Of a DNA stretch of 64,000 nt, positions 1 to 10,008 are shown in pieces. Under the pieces are notes generated by a model. That model had not been told where the DNA came from, did no database searches, and saw only the letters and a list, made by a program, of their open reading frames with translations. This DNA is from an uncultured Alphaproteobacteria bacterium (GTDB taxonomy: Bacteria; Pseudomonadota; Alphaproteobacteria; SMXQ01). Where the stretch lies: contig CAVVYA010000014.1 of the NCBI GenBank assembly GCA_963752345.1, positions 102,310 through 166,309 of the forward strand, given 5' to 3'. The position numbers were made by a program, and so were the translations under genes. Each line of letters begins with the position of its first letter. Positions within the stretch are counted from its first letter, which is position 1.

Positions 1-733
1 GGAAATAGCGCTGCGCGGTGGCGACTTCCTTCTTCACCACATCGAGGTCGATGTAATCGGTTTCCTCCTGCTGATGCAGCATGCGCAGGCGGTTGCGCCG
101 GATCTGCACCAGCCGGTTGGGATCGGTGGTCAGGCCGACGATGAGGGGACCGGTCAGGGCTTCCAGGCGGGGCGGCACCGGCTGGCTCGGAATCAGCGGC
201 ACATTGGCGGCTTTTACGCCGTTGTTGGCGAGATAGATGCTGGTCGGCGTCTTCGAGGTGCGCGACACGCCGACGAGAACCACGTCGGCTTGCTGCAGAT
301 CGCCATGGCCGTCGTCATGGGCCATGGTGAAATCCATCGCCTCGATACGGTTGAAATAGCGCTTGTCCAACATGTGCTGGCGGCCGGGCTGGCGCCGGCT
401 CGACTGATTGAGATAGGCGCCGAGCGCGGCGATCACCGGATCGAGCACCGAATGGCACGGCACGCCGCGGTCGCGGCAGGCGGTCTCGAGCGACAGGCGG
501 ATATCGTCGTTGACCAGGGTATAGAGCACCATGCCGGGCTCGTCGTGGATGCCCTTGATCACTTCCTGCAGTTGGCGCTTGTTGCGGATCAGCGGCCAGA
601 CATGTTCGACCGGCTCGACTTCCTCGAACTGCGCGAGGCAGGCGCGCGTGATGCTGCGGATGGTTTCTCCGGTCGCGTCGGAGACGAGATGGAAATGACA
701 GGTCTTCACAGCGGGCGAGAGGGTGGCTGGCAC
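1..733 (-). CDS. DUF299 kinase/pyrophosphorylase, a putative PEP synthase / pyruvate-phosphate dikinase regulatory protein. The C-terminus runs off the window edge.
   Basis: Minus-strand translation reads ...KTCHFHLVSDATGETIRSITRAC...GVSRTSKTPTSIYLANNGVKAANVPLI. The HFHLVSD N-terminal motif and the P-loop-like GVSRTSKTPTS are characteristic of the DUF299 family. Confidence 0.7.
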   Translation of the reverse strand, partial: MPATLSPAVKTCHFHLVSDATGETIRSITRACLAQFEEVEPVEHVWPLIRNKRQLQEVIKGIHDEPGMVLYTLVNDDIRLSLETACRDRGVPCHSVLDPVIAALGAYLNQSSRRQPGRQHMLDKRYFNRIEAMDFTMAHDDGHGDLQQADVVLVGVSRTSKTPTSIYLANNGVKAANVPLIPSQPVPPRLEALTGPLIVGLTTDPNRLVQIRRNRLRMLHQQEETDYIDLDVVKKEVATAQRYF

Positions 734-787
734 GGAAAACCCGACGTTGAGATGGATGGCGTGTGCATGATGGGCATAACTCGGCGG

Positions 788-1128
788 TTACGCACAACGG
801 CCCTCCGCCTTGGGAGTCCTGACCCGATATTCGCACCCCGCCATCGGCACATCGAACAATCTTTTCCCGTCCTGTGAATTGGGATCACAACTTCGCGCGC
901 CCCGATCTTATCCACTTTATACCCGGGATTGGAAATCCTCGAAAACGCGCCTTGGCGAGAACCAATTCACGCGCCATTGCGTATTCACCCACAGGATGGC
1001 GCCCGCCCCGGAAGGCCTATTGCCCTGTGGGGCATCGTATCGTCCTATAGGCGTATCCTCGATTCCCACAGGGGCAACTACTGCAACTACCTTTTAAGAC
1101 TCTATAATAGATAGTAGAACCCGCTGGC
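788..1128. promoter_or_regulatory. oriC: Putative chromosomal replication origin (alphaproteobacterial Cori type). It contains degenerate DnaA boxes and an AT-rich stretch.
   Basis: A 340 bp non-coding gap between the DUF299 gene and hemE. TTATCCACT lies at 908-916. The 8-mer CCCACAGG occurs three times (987-994, 1064-1071, inverted at 1023-1030). An inverted pair of GTGAATTGG lies at 874-882 and 962-970. An AT-rich run TTTTAAGACTCTATAATAGATAGTAGAA lies at 1092-1119. There are three GANTC sites. Confidence 0.45.
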
Positions 1129-2221
1129 ATGGATCTCACGAAACCTCACACGCCAAGCGCCGGCGCGACCCCCTTGCCGGCCAGCGCCAAGCCGCTGATC
1201 CGCGCGCTGCGGGGCGAGCGTCAGCCACGCCCGCCGTTCTGGCTGATGCGCCAGGCCGGCCGCTACCTGCCGGAATACCAGGCGGTGCGGGCGCGCACCC
1301 GGACCTTCCTCGAATTCTGCTATTCGCCCGAGCTTGCCGCCGAGGTCACGCTGCAGCCGGTGCATCGCTTCGGCATGGACGGCGCCATCATCTTTTCCGA
1401 TATCCTGGTGATTCCCGACGCGCTCGGCCAGGGCGTCGCGTTCGAAGCGGGACGTGGCCCGGTATTGCGGCGCGATCGAAACCGTCGACGACCTGACGCC
1501 GTTCGAGGCGGACGACTTGCGCGACTATCTGGCGCCGATCTACGAAGCCATCAGGTTGGTGCGCGCCGGGCTCGACGACACGACGGCCTTGATCGGATTT
1601 GCCGGCGCGCCCTGGACCGTGGCCGCCTACATGGTCGAAGGCGGCTCGAGCCAGACCTTCGAGCGGCTCAAGGCCATGGCCTACGGGCGGCCGGACGAAT
1701 TCACCCGGCTGGTCGATCTGCTGGTCGAGGCGATCGCGGCCCATCTCATCGCCCAGATCGAGGCCGGGGTCGAGGTGGTGCAGATCTTCGACAGCTGGGC
1801 CGGCATCCTGCCCGATGCGCATTTCCGCCGCTGGTCGATCGCGCCGACCGCGCGCATCGTGCAGCGCGTCAAGGCGCGCTATCCGGACGTGCCGATCATC
1901 GGCTTTCCCAACCGCTGCGGCGTGCTTTACGCCGAGTATGCGAGCCAGACCGGCGTCGACGCGGTGTCGCTCGATGCCACCATACCGCTGCAATGGGCGC
2001 GGACGACGCTACAGCCCCATGTCGCCCTCCAGGGCAACCTCGATTCCCAGATGCTGGTGACCGGCGGTACGGCCCTGAGACGGGAAGCCACGCGCATCAT
2101 CGAAGCGCTGGGCGAGGGACCCTACGTGTTCAATCTGGGCCACGGCATTCTGCCGACCACGCCGCCCGAGCATGTCGCCGAGCTCGCCGATCTGATCCGG
2201 GGTTGGAATGGACCGGCGTGA
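1129..2221 (+). CDS. hemE: Uroporphyrinogen decarboxylase. A single-nucleotide frameshift near 1465 splits it into two ORFs.
   Basis: Hallmark [15 protein letters not shown] motif. The frame 1129.. continues in frame 1454..2221 ([11 protein letters not shown]...). Confidence 0.85.
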
Positions 2222-2311
2222 CACCCGCCACGCCACGGACCGGGTGCGGCGCAACGCGACGGCGGTCGCGAAGACCGCAGTCGTGACGATCGCAGCCATG
2301 ACGATCGTGCC

Positions 2312-3409
2312 ATGAAGACAGCGGTTATCCTGTTCAACCTCGGCGGACCGGACAGCCTGGAGGCGGTGCGGCCGTTCCTGCGCAATCTGTTTTCCGATCC
2401 GGCGATCATCAGCCTGCCGCAGCCGTTGCGCTGGCTGGTGGCGCGGCTGATCGCGGCGCGCCGGGCGCCGGTCGCGCGCGAGATTTACGGCCGGATCGGC
2501 GGCCGCTCGCCGATCCGCGAATTGACCGAGGCCCAGGCCCGGGCGCTCGAGACGGCGCTCAACGACGCGCCGAACCGCGCCGTGGGCAATGACGTCCGGG
2601 TCTTCGTCGCCATGCGCTACTGGCATCCGATGGCGCCGGAGACCGCGCGCCAGGTCGCCGCCTACGCGCCCGACAGCGTGATCCTGCTGCCGCTCTATCC
2701 GCAATATTCGAGCGCCACCACCGGCTCGTCGGCCGCCGACTGGCATCACGCGGCGCGCGCCGCCGGCATCACCGCGCCGACCCGCCTGCTGTGCTGCTAT
2801 CCGGAGGCGCCGCTCCACGTCGCGGCCCTGGCGCGCCAACTGGCGCACGCCATCGACGAGGCCCGCGCGCGCGGCGGCCGTTTCCGAATCCTGCTGTCGG
2901 CCCACGGCCTGCCCAAAAAGGTCGTCGCCGCCGGCGATCCCTACCAATGGCAGGTCGAACGCACCGCGGCCGCGGTCATGGGCGTGGTCGACGGCGCCAA
3001 CCGGAGCCTCGATTGGACGGTCAGCTACCAGAGCCGGGTCGGGCCGCTCGAATGGATCGGCCCGGCGACCGACGCCGAGGTCGCGCGTGCCGGCGCCGAC
3101 GGAGTCGGGCTCGTCGTGCTGCCGATCGCCTTCGTGTCGGAGCATTCCGAAACCCTGGTCGAGCTCGACATGGAATACCGCGAACTCGCCGAACGCTCGG
3201 GCGTGCCGTTCTACATCCGCGTGCCGGCGCTCGGCACCGATCCCGGCTTCATCGCAGCGCTCCGCGACCTGGTGCGCGACACCGCCGCGGCCCAGGCGAC
3301 GATCGTCGCCGGACCGACGCTCGACGCCGAAGCGGGCCCGCGCCTTTGCCCGCGGCCTTGCACCCGCTGTCCCAACACGCTGCCCAACCGAGCTGCTGGA
3401 GTGCGCTGA
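2312..3409 (+). CDS. hemH: Ferrochelatase.
   Basis: Intact 365 aa ORF. Motifs ILFNLGGPD, LPLYPQYSSATTGSS and SAHGLP are typical of HemH. Confidence 0.85.
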   Translation: MKTAVILFNLGGPDSLEAVRPFLRNLFSDPAIISLPQPLRWLVARLIAARRAPVAREIYGRIGGRSPIRELTEAQARALETALNDAPNRAVGNDVRVFVAMRYWHPMAPETARQVAAYAPDSVILLPLYPQYSSATTGSSAADWHHAARAAGITAPTRLLCCYPEAPLHVAALARQLAHAIDEARARGGRFRILLSAHGLPKKVVAAGDPYQWQVERTAAAVMGVVDGANRSLDWTVSYQSRVGPLEWIGPATDAEVARAGADGVGLVVLPIAFVSEHSETLVELDMEYRELAERSGVPFYIRVPALGTDPGFIAALRDLVRDTAAAQATIVAGPTLDAEAGPRLCPRPCTRCPNTLPNRAAGVR

Positions 3410-3857
3410 TGGATTGGCTGACGCCGCTCTACCCCTGGACCAAGGCGCTCCATATCGTCGCCGTGATCGCCTGGATGGCCGGCATGCTCTACCTGCCGCG
3501 GCTGTTCGTGTATCACTGCGGCGCGGCGCCCGGCACGCCGGCCTCCGAGATGCTCAAGGTCATGGAGCGCCGCCTGCTGCGCGCCATCATCAACCCGGCG
3601 ATGATCGTCACGGTCCTGTTGGGCGTGGCTTTGCTCGCGACGCCCGGCGTCGCCGACTGGTCGCAGGGCTGGCTGCACGCCAAGCTCGCGCTTGGTCGGC
3701 GGCATGATCGCCGTGCATGGGTTGCTCGCGCGCTGGCGCAAGGATTTCGAGGCCGACCGCAACCGGCGGCCCGCGCGCTTTTATCGGATTGTTAACGAGG
3801 TTCCGACGATCCTGATGATCGCGATCGTCGATTCTGGTGGTGGTGAAGCCGTTCTGA
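3409..3857 (+). CDS. hemJ: Protoporphyrinogen IX oxidase HemJ (UPF0093 membrane protein). It has two single-nucleotide insertions, near 3690 and 3833.
   Basis: MDWLTPLYPWTKALHIVAVIAWMAGMLYLPRLFVYH.. joins ..VGGMIAVHGLLARWRKDFEADRNRRPARFYRIVNEVPTILMIAIV.. across the frame breaks. Its ATG overlaps the hemH stop (TGATGG). Confidence 0.7.
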
Positions 3858-4108
3858 GCGCGCCGTGGCGCCCCGCCCGTCACCTGGAAATCCCTTTGAC
3901 ACGGAAGGCCGTTTTCGCTAAAGGATTGAGCACCCGCCCCGGCGATCTTCATCGCCGTTCTTCCCGATACCCCTTCAAGAACAAGAACCACCGCTGGCGG
4001 TCCGCAACTGGGTGGCGCTCCGATTCCCGTCGCTAAGAACGGGCCGGGCCAGTTCCCCGCGTGTCCGCCCGCCCCAATCCCTCCCCCGCATCAGCCCCCG
4101 ATCGATCG

Positions 4109-5366
4109 ATGAATCTCCAAGAACTCAAGAAGAAATCCCCGGCCGAGCTTCTCGCTTACGCCGAAGAACTGAAAATCGAAAACGCCTCGAGCTTGCGGCG
4201 GCAGGACATGATGTTCGCCATCCTCAAGCAGTTGGCGGAAAACGACACCGCCATCTTCGGCGACGGCGTGCTCGAGATCCTGCAGGACGGCTTCGGCTTC
4301 CTGCGCTCGCCCGAGGCCAACTATCTGCCCGGCCCCGACGACATCTACGTCAGCCCGTCCCAAGTGCGCCGCTTCAGCCTGCGCACCGGCGATACCGTCG
4401 AGGGCCAGATCCGCTCGCCCAAGGACGGCGAGCGCTATTTCGCGCTGCTCAAGGTCAACAACATCAATTTCGCGCCGCCCGACGAGGTGCGCCACCGCAT
4501 CAATTTCGACAACCTGACGCCGCTCTACCCGGACGAGCGTCTCCAGCTCGAAAGCAAGAGCGGCTCCATCAAGGACGTCACCACCCGCGTCATCGACCTG
4601 ATCGCGCCGCTCGGCAAGGGCCAGCGCGCCCTGATCGTGGCGCCGCCGCGCACCGGCAAGACCGTGATGCTGCAGAATCATCGCGCACGCCATCGCCGAG
4701 AATCATCCCGAGGTCTATCTCATCGTTCTGCTGATCGACGAGCGGCCCGAGGAAGTGACCGACATGTCGCGCTCGGTGAAGGGCGAGGTCGTCAGCTCGA
4801 CCTTCGACGAGCCGGCGACGCGCCACGTCCAGGTCACCGAGATGGTGCTGGAGAAGGCCAAGCGCCTCGTCGAGCACAAGCGCGACGTGGTCATCCTGCT
4901 CGATTCGATCACCCGCCTGGCGCGCGCCTACAACACCGTCGTGCCGTCGTCGGGCAAGGTGCTGACCGGCGGTGTCGACGCCAACGCCCTGCAGCGCCCC
5001 AAGCGCTTCTTCGGCGCGGCGCGCAACATCGAGGAGGGCGGCTCGCTCACCATCATCGCCACCGCGCTGATCGATACCGGCTCGCGCATGGACGAAGTGA
5101 TCTTCGAAGAGTTCAAGGGCACCGGCAACTCGGAAATCATCCTCGACCGCAAGCTGTCGGACAAGCGCACCTTCCCGTCGATCGACATCACCAAGTCGGG
5201 CACGCGCAAGGAAGAGCTGCTGGTCGACAAGGGCACGCTCGCCAAGATGTGGGTGCTGCGCCGCATCCTCATGCCGATGGGCGTGGTCGACGCGATGGAG
5301 TTCCTGCTCGGCAAGCTCAAGGAAACCAAGACCAACACCAACTTCTTCGACTCGATGAACACCTGA
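4109..5366 (+). CDS. rho: Transcription termination factor Rho. A single-nucleotide insertion near 4687 splits it.
   Basis: N-terminal [25 protein letters not shown]; P-loop [13 protein letters not shown]; then frame 4755.. [26 protein letters not shown]...[10 protein letters not shown]. Confidence 0.9.
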
Positions 5367-5404
5367 GGCGCCGCGCCAGGCGGCGAGCCCGCCTCGAGCT
5401 TCAG

Positions 5405-5437
5405 AAAAAAGCCCGGACATCGTTCCGGGCTTTTTGC
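5405..5437 (+). terminator. Rho-independent terminator downstream of rho.
   Basis: AAAAAAGCCCGGACATCGTTCCGGGCTTTTTG: a 7 bp GC stem followed by a T5 run. Confidence 0.7.
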
Positions 5438-5553
5438 GTTCCATGCCGCCGCGACAACGAGCCGAATGCGGGCGGATTGCCGCCGAAGGGCGTCGCGGGC
5501 TAAAGTCCGGCGGGACGGATCTTCAGCATCCGGTACTCGGGGGCGGGCCGACA

Positions 5554-6447
5554 ATGCACAGCCGTTGGGTTCAGAGGGCGCTCGCTGTTGCGGGCGTCTG
5601 GATATGTGCGCTTGGCTCCCCAGCCATGGCGGACGACCAACGCAAAGCCGGCCCGATCGGCACGCCGGAGGGCCGCGATCGGATGCAACGGCATTGGGTG
5701 CCTGTCTCCATCGATAGGCAGCCCAGCGGCGAATTCGTTCTCATGCGGATCTGCCGGCCTGAGCACAGACACAGCCGTGGGCGTCGCCATCGTCAACCAC
5801 GGCTCACCGGAAAACTCGGCGAGTCGTCCGTCCATGAAGCTGATCGAATGCTCGACGGGTGTGGCCCGGTATTTTCTCGGCAAGCAGCTCATCGTTGCCT
5901 TTCCGCTGCGGCGCGGCTACGGGGAAACCGGCGGAACCTGGGCCGAGAGTTACGGGTCCTGCAACAGGCCGAATTTCGTTCCCGCCGGTCTTGCGACGGC
6001 GGCCGACATCGGTTCCGTGGTCGACTATGTGCGCGCGACTGCCTTACGTCCGCGGCGACCGCGTCATGGTATTCGGTCAATCGGCCGGCGGCTGGGGGAC
6101 GATCGCCTACGCGAGCCTCAACCCGGACCGAATTCTCGGGCTTCGTCAATTTCTCCGGCGGGCGGGGCGCCAATTGCCAGACGGAGCGGCTGATCGATGC
6201 GGCCGGCGTCTATGGCAAGACGGCGCGCCAGCCGATGCTGTGGCTCTATACGGAGAACGACGCGCTGTTCAATCCGCGGTTATCGGGCGCCATGCACGAA
6301 GCGTTCATCAAGTCCGGAGGACAGGCAACCTATCGCTTGCTGCCGGCTTGGGGGAAAAACGGCCACGGACTTTTCTTCGGCAACAACGGATCGAAAGTCT
6401 GGGCCCCGATCTTCGACGACTATATCAAGAGCATCATGCCGCCGTGA
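5554..6447 (+). CDS. Secreted alpha/beta-hydrolase (dienelactone-hydrolase-like), broken by at least three frameshifts.
   Basis: Signal-peptide-like N-terminus (MHSRWVQRALAVAGVWICALGSPAMA). The GQSAGG nucleophile elbow lies in the frame 5859..; the C-terminal part is RLIDAAGVYGKTARQPMLWLYTENDALF...GKNGHGLFF. The pieces sit in three different frames. Confidence 0.5.
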   Translation: MHSRWVQRALAVAGVWICALGSPAMADDQRKAGPIGTPEGRDRMQRHWVPVSIDRQPSGEFVLMRICRPEHRHSRGRRHRQPRLTGKLGESSVHEADRMLDGCGPVFSRQAAHRCLSAAARLRGNRRNLGRELRVLQQAEFRSRRSCDGGRHRFRGRLCARDCLTSAATASWYSVNRPAAGGRSPTRASTRTEFSGFVNFSGGRGANCQTERLIDAAGVYGKTARQPMLWLYTENDALFNPRLSGAMHEAFIKSGGQATYRLLPAWGKNGHGLFFGNNGSKVWAPIFDDYIKSIMPP

Positions 6448-6637
6448 CGCCCCATTTTAATACTCTTCGGCGTTTGCGCTATTCGCTTTATGGGATAGCG
6501 ATATCCAGACACTACTCCCCGACCCCCACCCCGCCCTGTCGCGGAATGCGCCGGCTTGATTCGCGACGGCCGCCGTGTCAGCCTTCGCGCGTAAGCGCCC
6601 GCAGTGGCGCGGGACGGCACAGGCAGGGAGAGGCGAC

Positions 6638-7672
6638 ATGACGGGACGGGTGCGACTCGCGGCGGGGCTGGCGTGCGCCGCCGGGCTGATGATCTCGGCG
6701 GCGGCCAGCGGCCAATCGGTCGAGGAGTTCTACAAGGGCAAGCAGTTGCGCCTGGTGATCGGCTCGCCGACGGGCGATTCCAACGACATCTGGGGCCGCC
6801 TCATCCTGCGCCACATGACGGGCCATATGCCCGGCAATCCGACCGGCGTGCCACAGAACATGCCGGGCGGCGGCACGCTGATCTCGGCCAATTACCTCTA
6901 CAACATCGCGCCCAAGGACGGCTCCCACATCGGCGTCTTCTCGCGCAACATTCCGACCCAGGCGATTCTCAAGCGGCCGAACGCCAATTTCGACCCGCTC
7001 AAGTTCGGTTGGCTCGGCAGCCCCGAGCTGGTCAACCGGGTATGCGCCGCATGGCACGAGGCGCCGGTCAAATCGGCCGAGGAGCTGTTCGCCAAGGAGC
7101 TCATCGTCGGCGGGACGGGCGCCGGCACCGCGCCGACCTTCATGCCGACCGTCTACAACAAAGTGCTCGGCATGAAATTCAAGGTGGTGGAAGGCTACAA
7201 GGGCGCCGCCGACGTGTTCATCGCCATGGAGCGCCGCGAGGTCGAGGGCATCTGTCTCTCGTTCAGCCAGCTCAAGGGGCCGCGCGCCGAATGGCTCGCC
7301 CAGGGCAAGATCCGCGTGCTGTTCAATACCGAGACGACGCGGCTCACCGACTATCCCAACGTGCCGACGATCTATGATTTCGTGAAGACCGAGGAGCAAC
7401 GCCAGACGCTCGCCTTCCTCAACTCGGCGATCGAATTCGGGCGGCCCTTCACCGCGCCGCCCGATGTGCCGGCCGACCGGCTGGCCGCCCTGCGCAAGGC
7501 CTTCGCCGACACCATGAAGGACGCCGCTTTCCTGGAAGAGGCGAAGAAGCTGAAGTACGACGTCACCTACACGTCGGGCGACCACATGCTGGCCTTGCTC
7601 AAGAGGCTCTACGCCACACCGCGCGACGTGCTCGACCGCGCCGCCGAAATGATGCCGGCCAGCGGGGAGTGA
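6638..7672 (+). CDS. Periplasmic solute-binding protein of an uncharacterised family. A 5'-truncated paralog lies at 56413..57288.
   Basis: Signal peptide (LAAGLACAAGLMISAAASG). Motifs NMPGGGTLISANYLYNIAPKDGS and AMERREVEGICLS are shared with the second copy. Confidence 0.5.
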   Translation: MTGRVRLAAGLACAAGLMISAAASGQSVEEFYKGKQLRLVIGSPTGDSNDIWGRLILRHMTGHMPGNPTGVPQNMPGGGTLISANYLYNIAPKDGSHIGVFSRNIPTQAILKRPNANFDPLKFGWLGSPELVNRVCAAWHEAPVKSAEELFAKELIVGGTGAGTAPTFMPTVYNKVLGMKFKVVEGYKGAADVFIAMERREVEGICLSFSQLKGPRAEWLAQGKIRVLFNTETTRLTDYPNVPTIYDFVKTEEQRQTLAFLNSAIEFGRPFTAPPDVPADRLAALRKAFADTMKDAAFLEEAKKLKYDVTYTSGDHMLALLKRLYATPRDVLDRAAEMMPASGE

Positions 7673-7763
7673 CGCGGGTCAGACACGGCTCCGTAAGCGA
7701 GAAGCCCGACGTAGCTCCGGGGTTTTTGTTTCTGCCGATTTGGCGTGGTGTTCTCTATTCCGC

Positions 7764-8738
7764 CTACAGCAAGATCACCGTGCTTCCCGTGGTCTTGCGC
7801 GCTTCGAGGTCGCGGTGGGCCTGCTGGATGTCGGCGAGCTTGTAGGTCTGGCGCACCTCGATCTTGACGATGTTGTTCATCACCTTGTCGAACAGCTCCT
7901 CGGCCGCGGCGAGCAGGTCGGCGCGCTTGGCGACGTAGGTCGCCAGCGTCGGACGGGTGACGAACAGCGAGCCCTTGGATGCCAGGATGCCGAGATCGAC
8001 CGGCGGCACCTTGCCCGAGGACTGGCCGAACAGCGCCATGAGGCCGAGCGGACGCAGGCATTCGAGCGAGCGGTCGAAGGTATCCTTGCCGACCGAATCG
8101 TAGACCACCGGCACGCCTTCGTGCTTCGTCAGCTCCTTGGTGCGGCGGACGAAATCCTCGCGCGTGTAGACCACCGGATGATTGCAGCCGTGGGCATGGG
8201 CGAGCGCCGCCTTGTCGTCGTTGCCGACCGTGCCGATCACGGTGGCGCCGAGATGGCGTGCCCACTGGCACAGGATGAGCCCGACGCCGCCGGCGGCGGC
8301 CTGCACCAGGATGGTATCGTCCTTCTGCACCTTGTAAGTGCGGCGCAGCAGGTAGTGCGCGGTGAGGCCCTTGAGCATCATGCCGGCCGCCTGCGGGTCG
8401 CTGATGCGGTCGGGGATCTTGACCAGGCGATCGGCCTGGATCAGCCGCACCTCCGCATAGGCGCCGAGCACGCCGGCATAGGCCACCCGGTCGCCGACGC
8501 GGAAGTCGCCGACGCCCTCGCCGAGCGCATCCACCACGCCCGCCGCCTCGACGCCGAGGGTCGCCGGCATGGTCGGCACCGGATAGAGACCCGTGCGGTA
8601 GTAGACGTCGATGAAGTTGAGCCCGATGGCGGTCTGGCGCAGGCGGACCTGGCCGGCGCCGGGCGAGCCGACATCGACCTCCTCGATGCGCATGGCTTCG
8701 GGACCGCCGAAGTTGTGGATGCGGACGGCTTTGGACAT
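7764..8738 (-). CDS. qor: NADPH:quinone oxidoreductase (zinc-type alcohol dehydrogenase superfamily).
   Basis: MSKAVRIHNFGGPEAMRIEEVDVGSPGAGQVRLRQTAIGLNFIDVYYRTGLYP...AAAGGVGLILCQWA. Confidence 0.8.
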   Translation of the reverse strand: MSKAVRIHNFGGPEAMRIEEVDVGSPGAGQVRLRQTAIGLNFIDVYYRTGLYPVPTMPATLGVEAAGVVDALGEGVGDFRVGDRVAYAGVLGAYAEVRLIQADRLVKIPDRISDPQAAGMMLKGLTAHYLLRRTYKVQKDDTILVQAAAGGVGLILCQWARHLGATVIGTVGNDDKAALAHAHGCNHPVVYTREDFVRRTKELTKHEGVPVVYDSVGKDTFDRSLECLRPLGLMALFGQSSGKVPPVDLGILASKGSLFVTRPTLATYVAKRADLLAAAEELFDKVMNNIVKIEVRQTYKLADIQQAHRDLEARKTTGSTVILL

Positions 8739-8770
8739 GACGCGGACTTTCTTCTTTTGACTTGGCGAAC

Positions 8771-9466
8771 TCAGCCGAGATGTTTCTTGAGGAACTCGGC
8801 GGTGCGCTTGTTGGCGAGCTCGGCGGCTTCCTTGTTGTAGGTCTGGCCGCCGGTGCGGGCGAAGGCGTGATCGACGCCCGGGTAGGTGTAGATGGTCACC
8901 AGCGGATTGCCCGCCAAGGCCTGCTTGATCTTCTCCTGCTCTTCCTTGGGCACGAACTTGTCGTTCTCGGCGATATGCATCAGCAGCGGCTTCTTGATGT
9001 TGTTCGCCATCTCGAGCATGCCGGCGATGCCGATGCCGTAATAGCTCACCGAGGCATCGACGTCGGAATTGCACGCCATGACATAGGCGAGCGAGCCGCC
9101 GAGGCAGTAGCCGACGCAGCCGACCTTGCCGCTGCAATCCTTGTCCTTGCGGATCGCATCGACGGTCGCCATCAGGTCGGCGACGCCCTTCTGCTGATCG
9201 AAGCCCTGATAGAGGCTGAAGGCCTTCTGCCACTCGGCCTCGCTCTGGTCGGTGATCTGGATGCCGGGCTCCTGGCGCCAGAACAGGTCGGGGCAGACCA
9301 CCACATAGCCCTGCTTGGCATAGTCGTCGGCGATCTGGCGCATCACCTTGTTGACGCCGAAGATCTCCTGGATCAGCAGGAGTCCGGGCGCCGGTGTCTT
9401 GGCGGGCTTGGCCTTGTAGCCGGTGAAGCTGCCGCCGTCTTTCGCGGTGATGGTGATGTCGGTCAT
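8771..9466 (-). CDS. Dienelactone hydrolase family protein.
   Basis: Intact 231 aa ORF. GYCLGGSLAY nucleophile motif and the C-terminal DHAF motif. Confidence 0.75.
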   Translation of the reverse strand: MTDITITAKDGGSFTGYKAKPAKTPAPGLLLIQEIFGVNKVMRQIADDYAKQGYVVVCPDLFWRQEPGIQITDQSEAEWQKAFSLYQGFDQQKGVADLMATVDAIRKDKDCSGKVGCVGYCLGGSLAYVMACNSDVDASVSYYGIGIAGMLEMANNIKKPLLMHIAENDKFVPKEEQEKIKQALAGNPLVTIYTYPGVDHAFARTGGQTYNKEAAELANKRTAEFLKKHLG

Positions 9467-9496
9467 GGTTTTCTCCCTTCCGTTCGCGTTTTTTAC

Positions 9497-10005
9497 TTAG
9501 GCCGAAATGCGGAACCCGGGTGTCAGCGCACCTTCGAGTTCGAGCAGGAACTGCTTGGTGTTGATGCCGCCGGCGCCGGAATAGCCGGTGAGCGCGCCGC
9601 TGCCGCCGATCACCCGGTGGCAGGGCAGCATGATGGCGATGGGATTGCGCCCGCAGGCGCCGCCCACGGCGCGCGGCGCGCTGCCGATCGCGTGCGCCAG
9701 GTCGCCGTAGGTCATGGTCTTGCCGTAGGGGATCTTCGCCATGCGGCGCCAGACGCGTTGCTGGAATGTCGCTGCCCTCGGGCGCCAGCGGCAGATCGAA
9801 GTCGCGGCGCTGACCGGCGAAATATTCCGCGAGCTGGTCGGCGGCGCGGCGCAACAGCGGTGTGGAGGCCGTCGGGCGCCCGGCAGCTTGTCCGTGGGGC
9901 GTCCGTCCATCATGTGCCAGTCGAGCGCCACGATGGCGCCGTCCCGTTCGGCCACGGCGATCGAGCCGAGCGGCGTGTTGACGGTGACGCGGTGCGGGTG
10001 ATCGT
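9497..10005 (-). CDS. ogt: Methylated-DNA-protein-cysteine methyltransferase, with at least one frameshift.
   Basis: PCHRVIGGSGALTGYSGAGGINTKQFLLELEG active-site region. N-terminal [25 protein letters not shown]. The middle part (LLRRAADQLAEYFAGQRRDFDLPL) sits in another frame. Confidence 0.7.
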
Positions 10006-10008
10006 CAG

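Noticed and set aside
1090-1112. CtrA-box (TTAA-N7-TTAA) in the putative origin.
   Set aside because: Only a half-site is present (TTAA N7 TAAT), with no full match.
7764-9854. Single 696 aa minus-strand ORF.
   Set aside because: A read-through artefact. It concatenates qor, the dienelactone hydrolase frame and part of ogt, which are three separate genes with their own starts.
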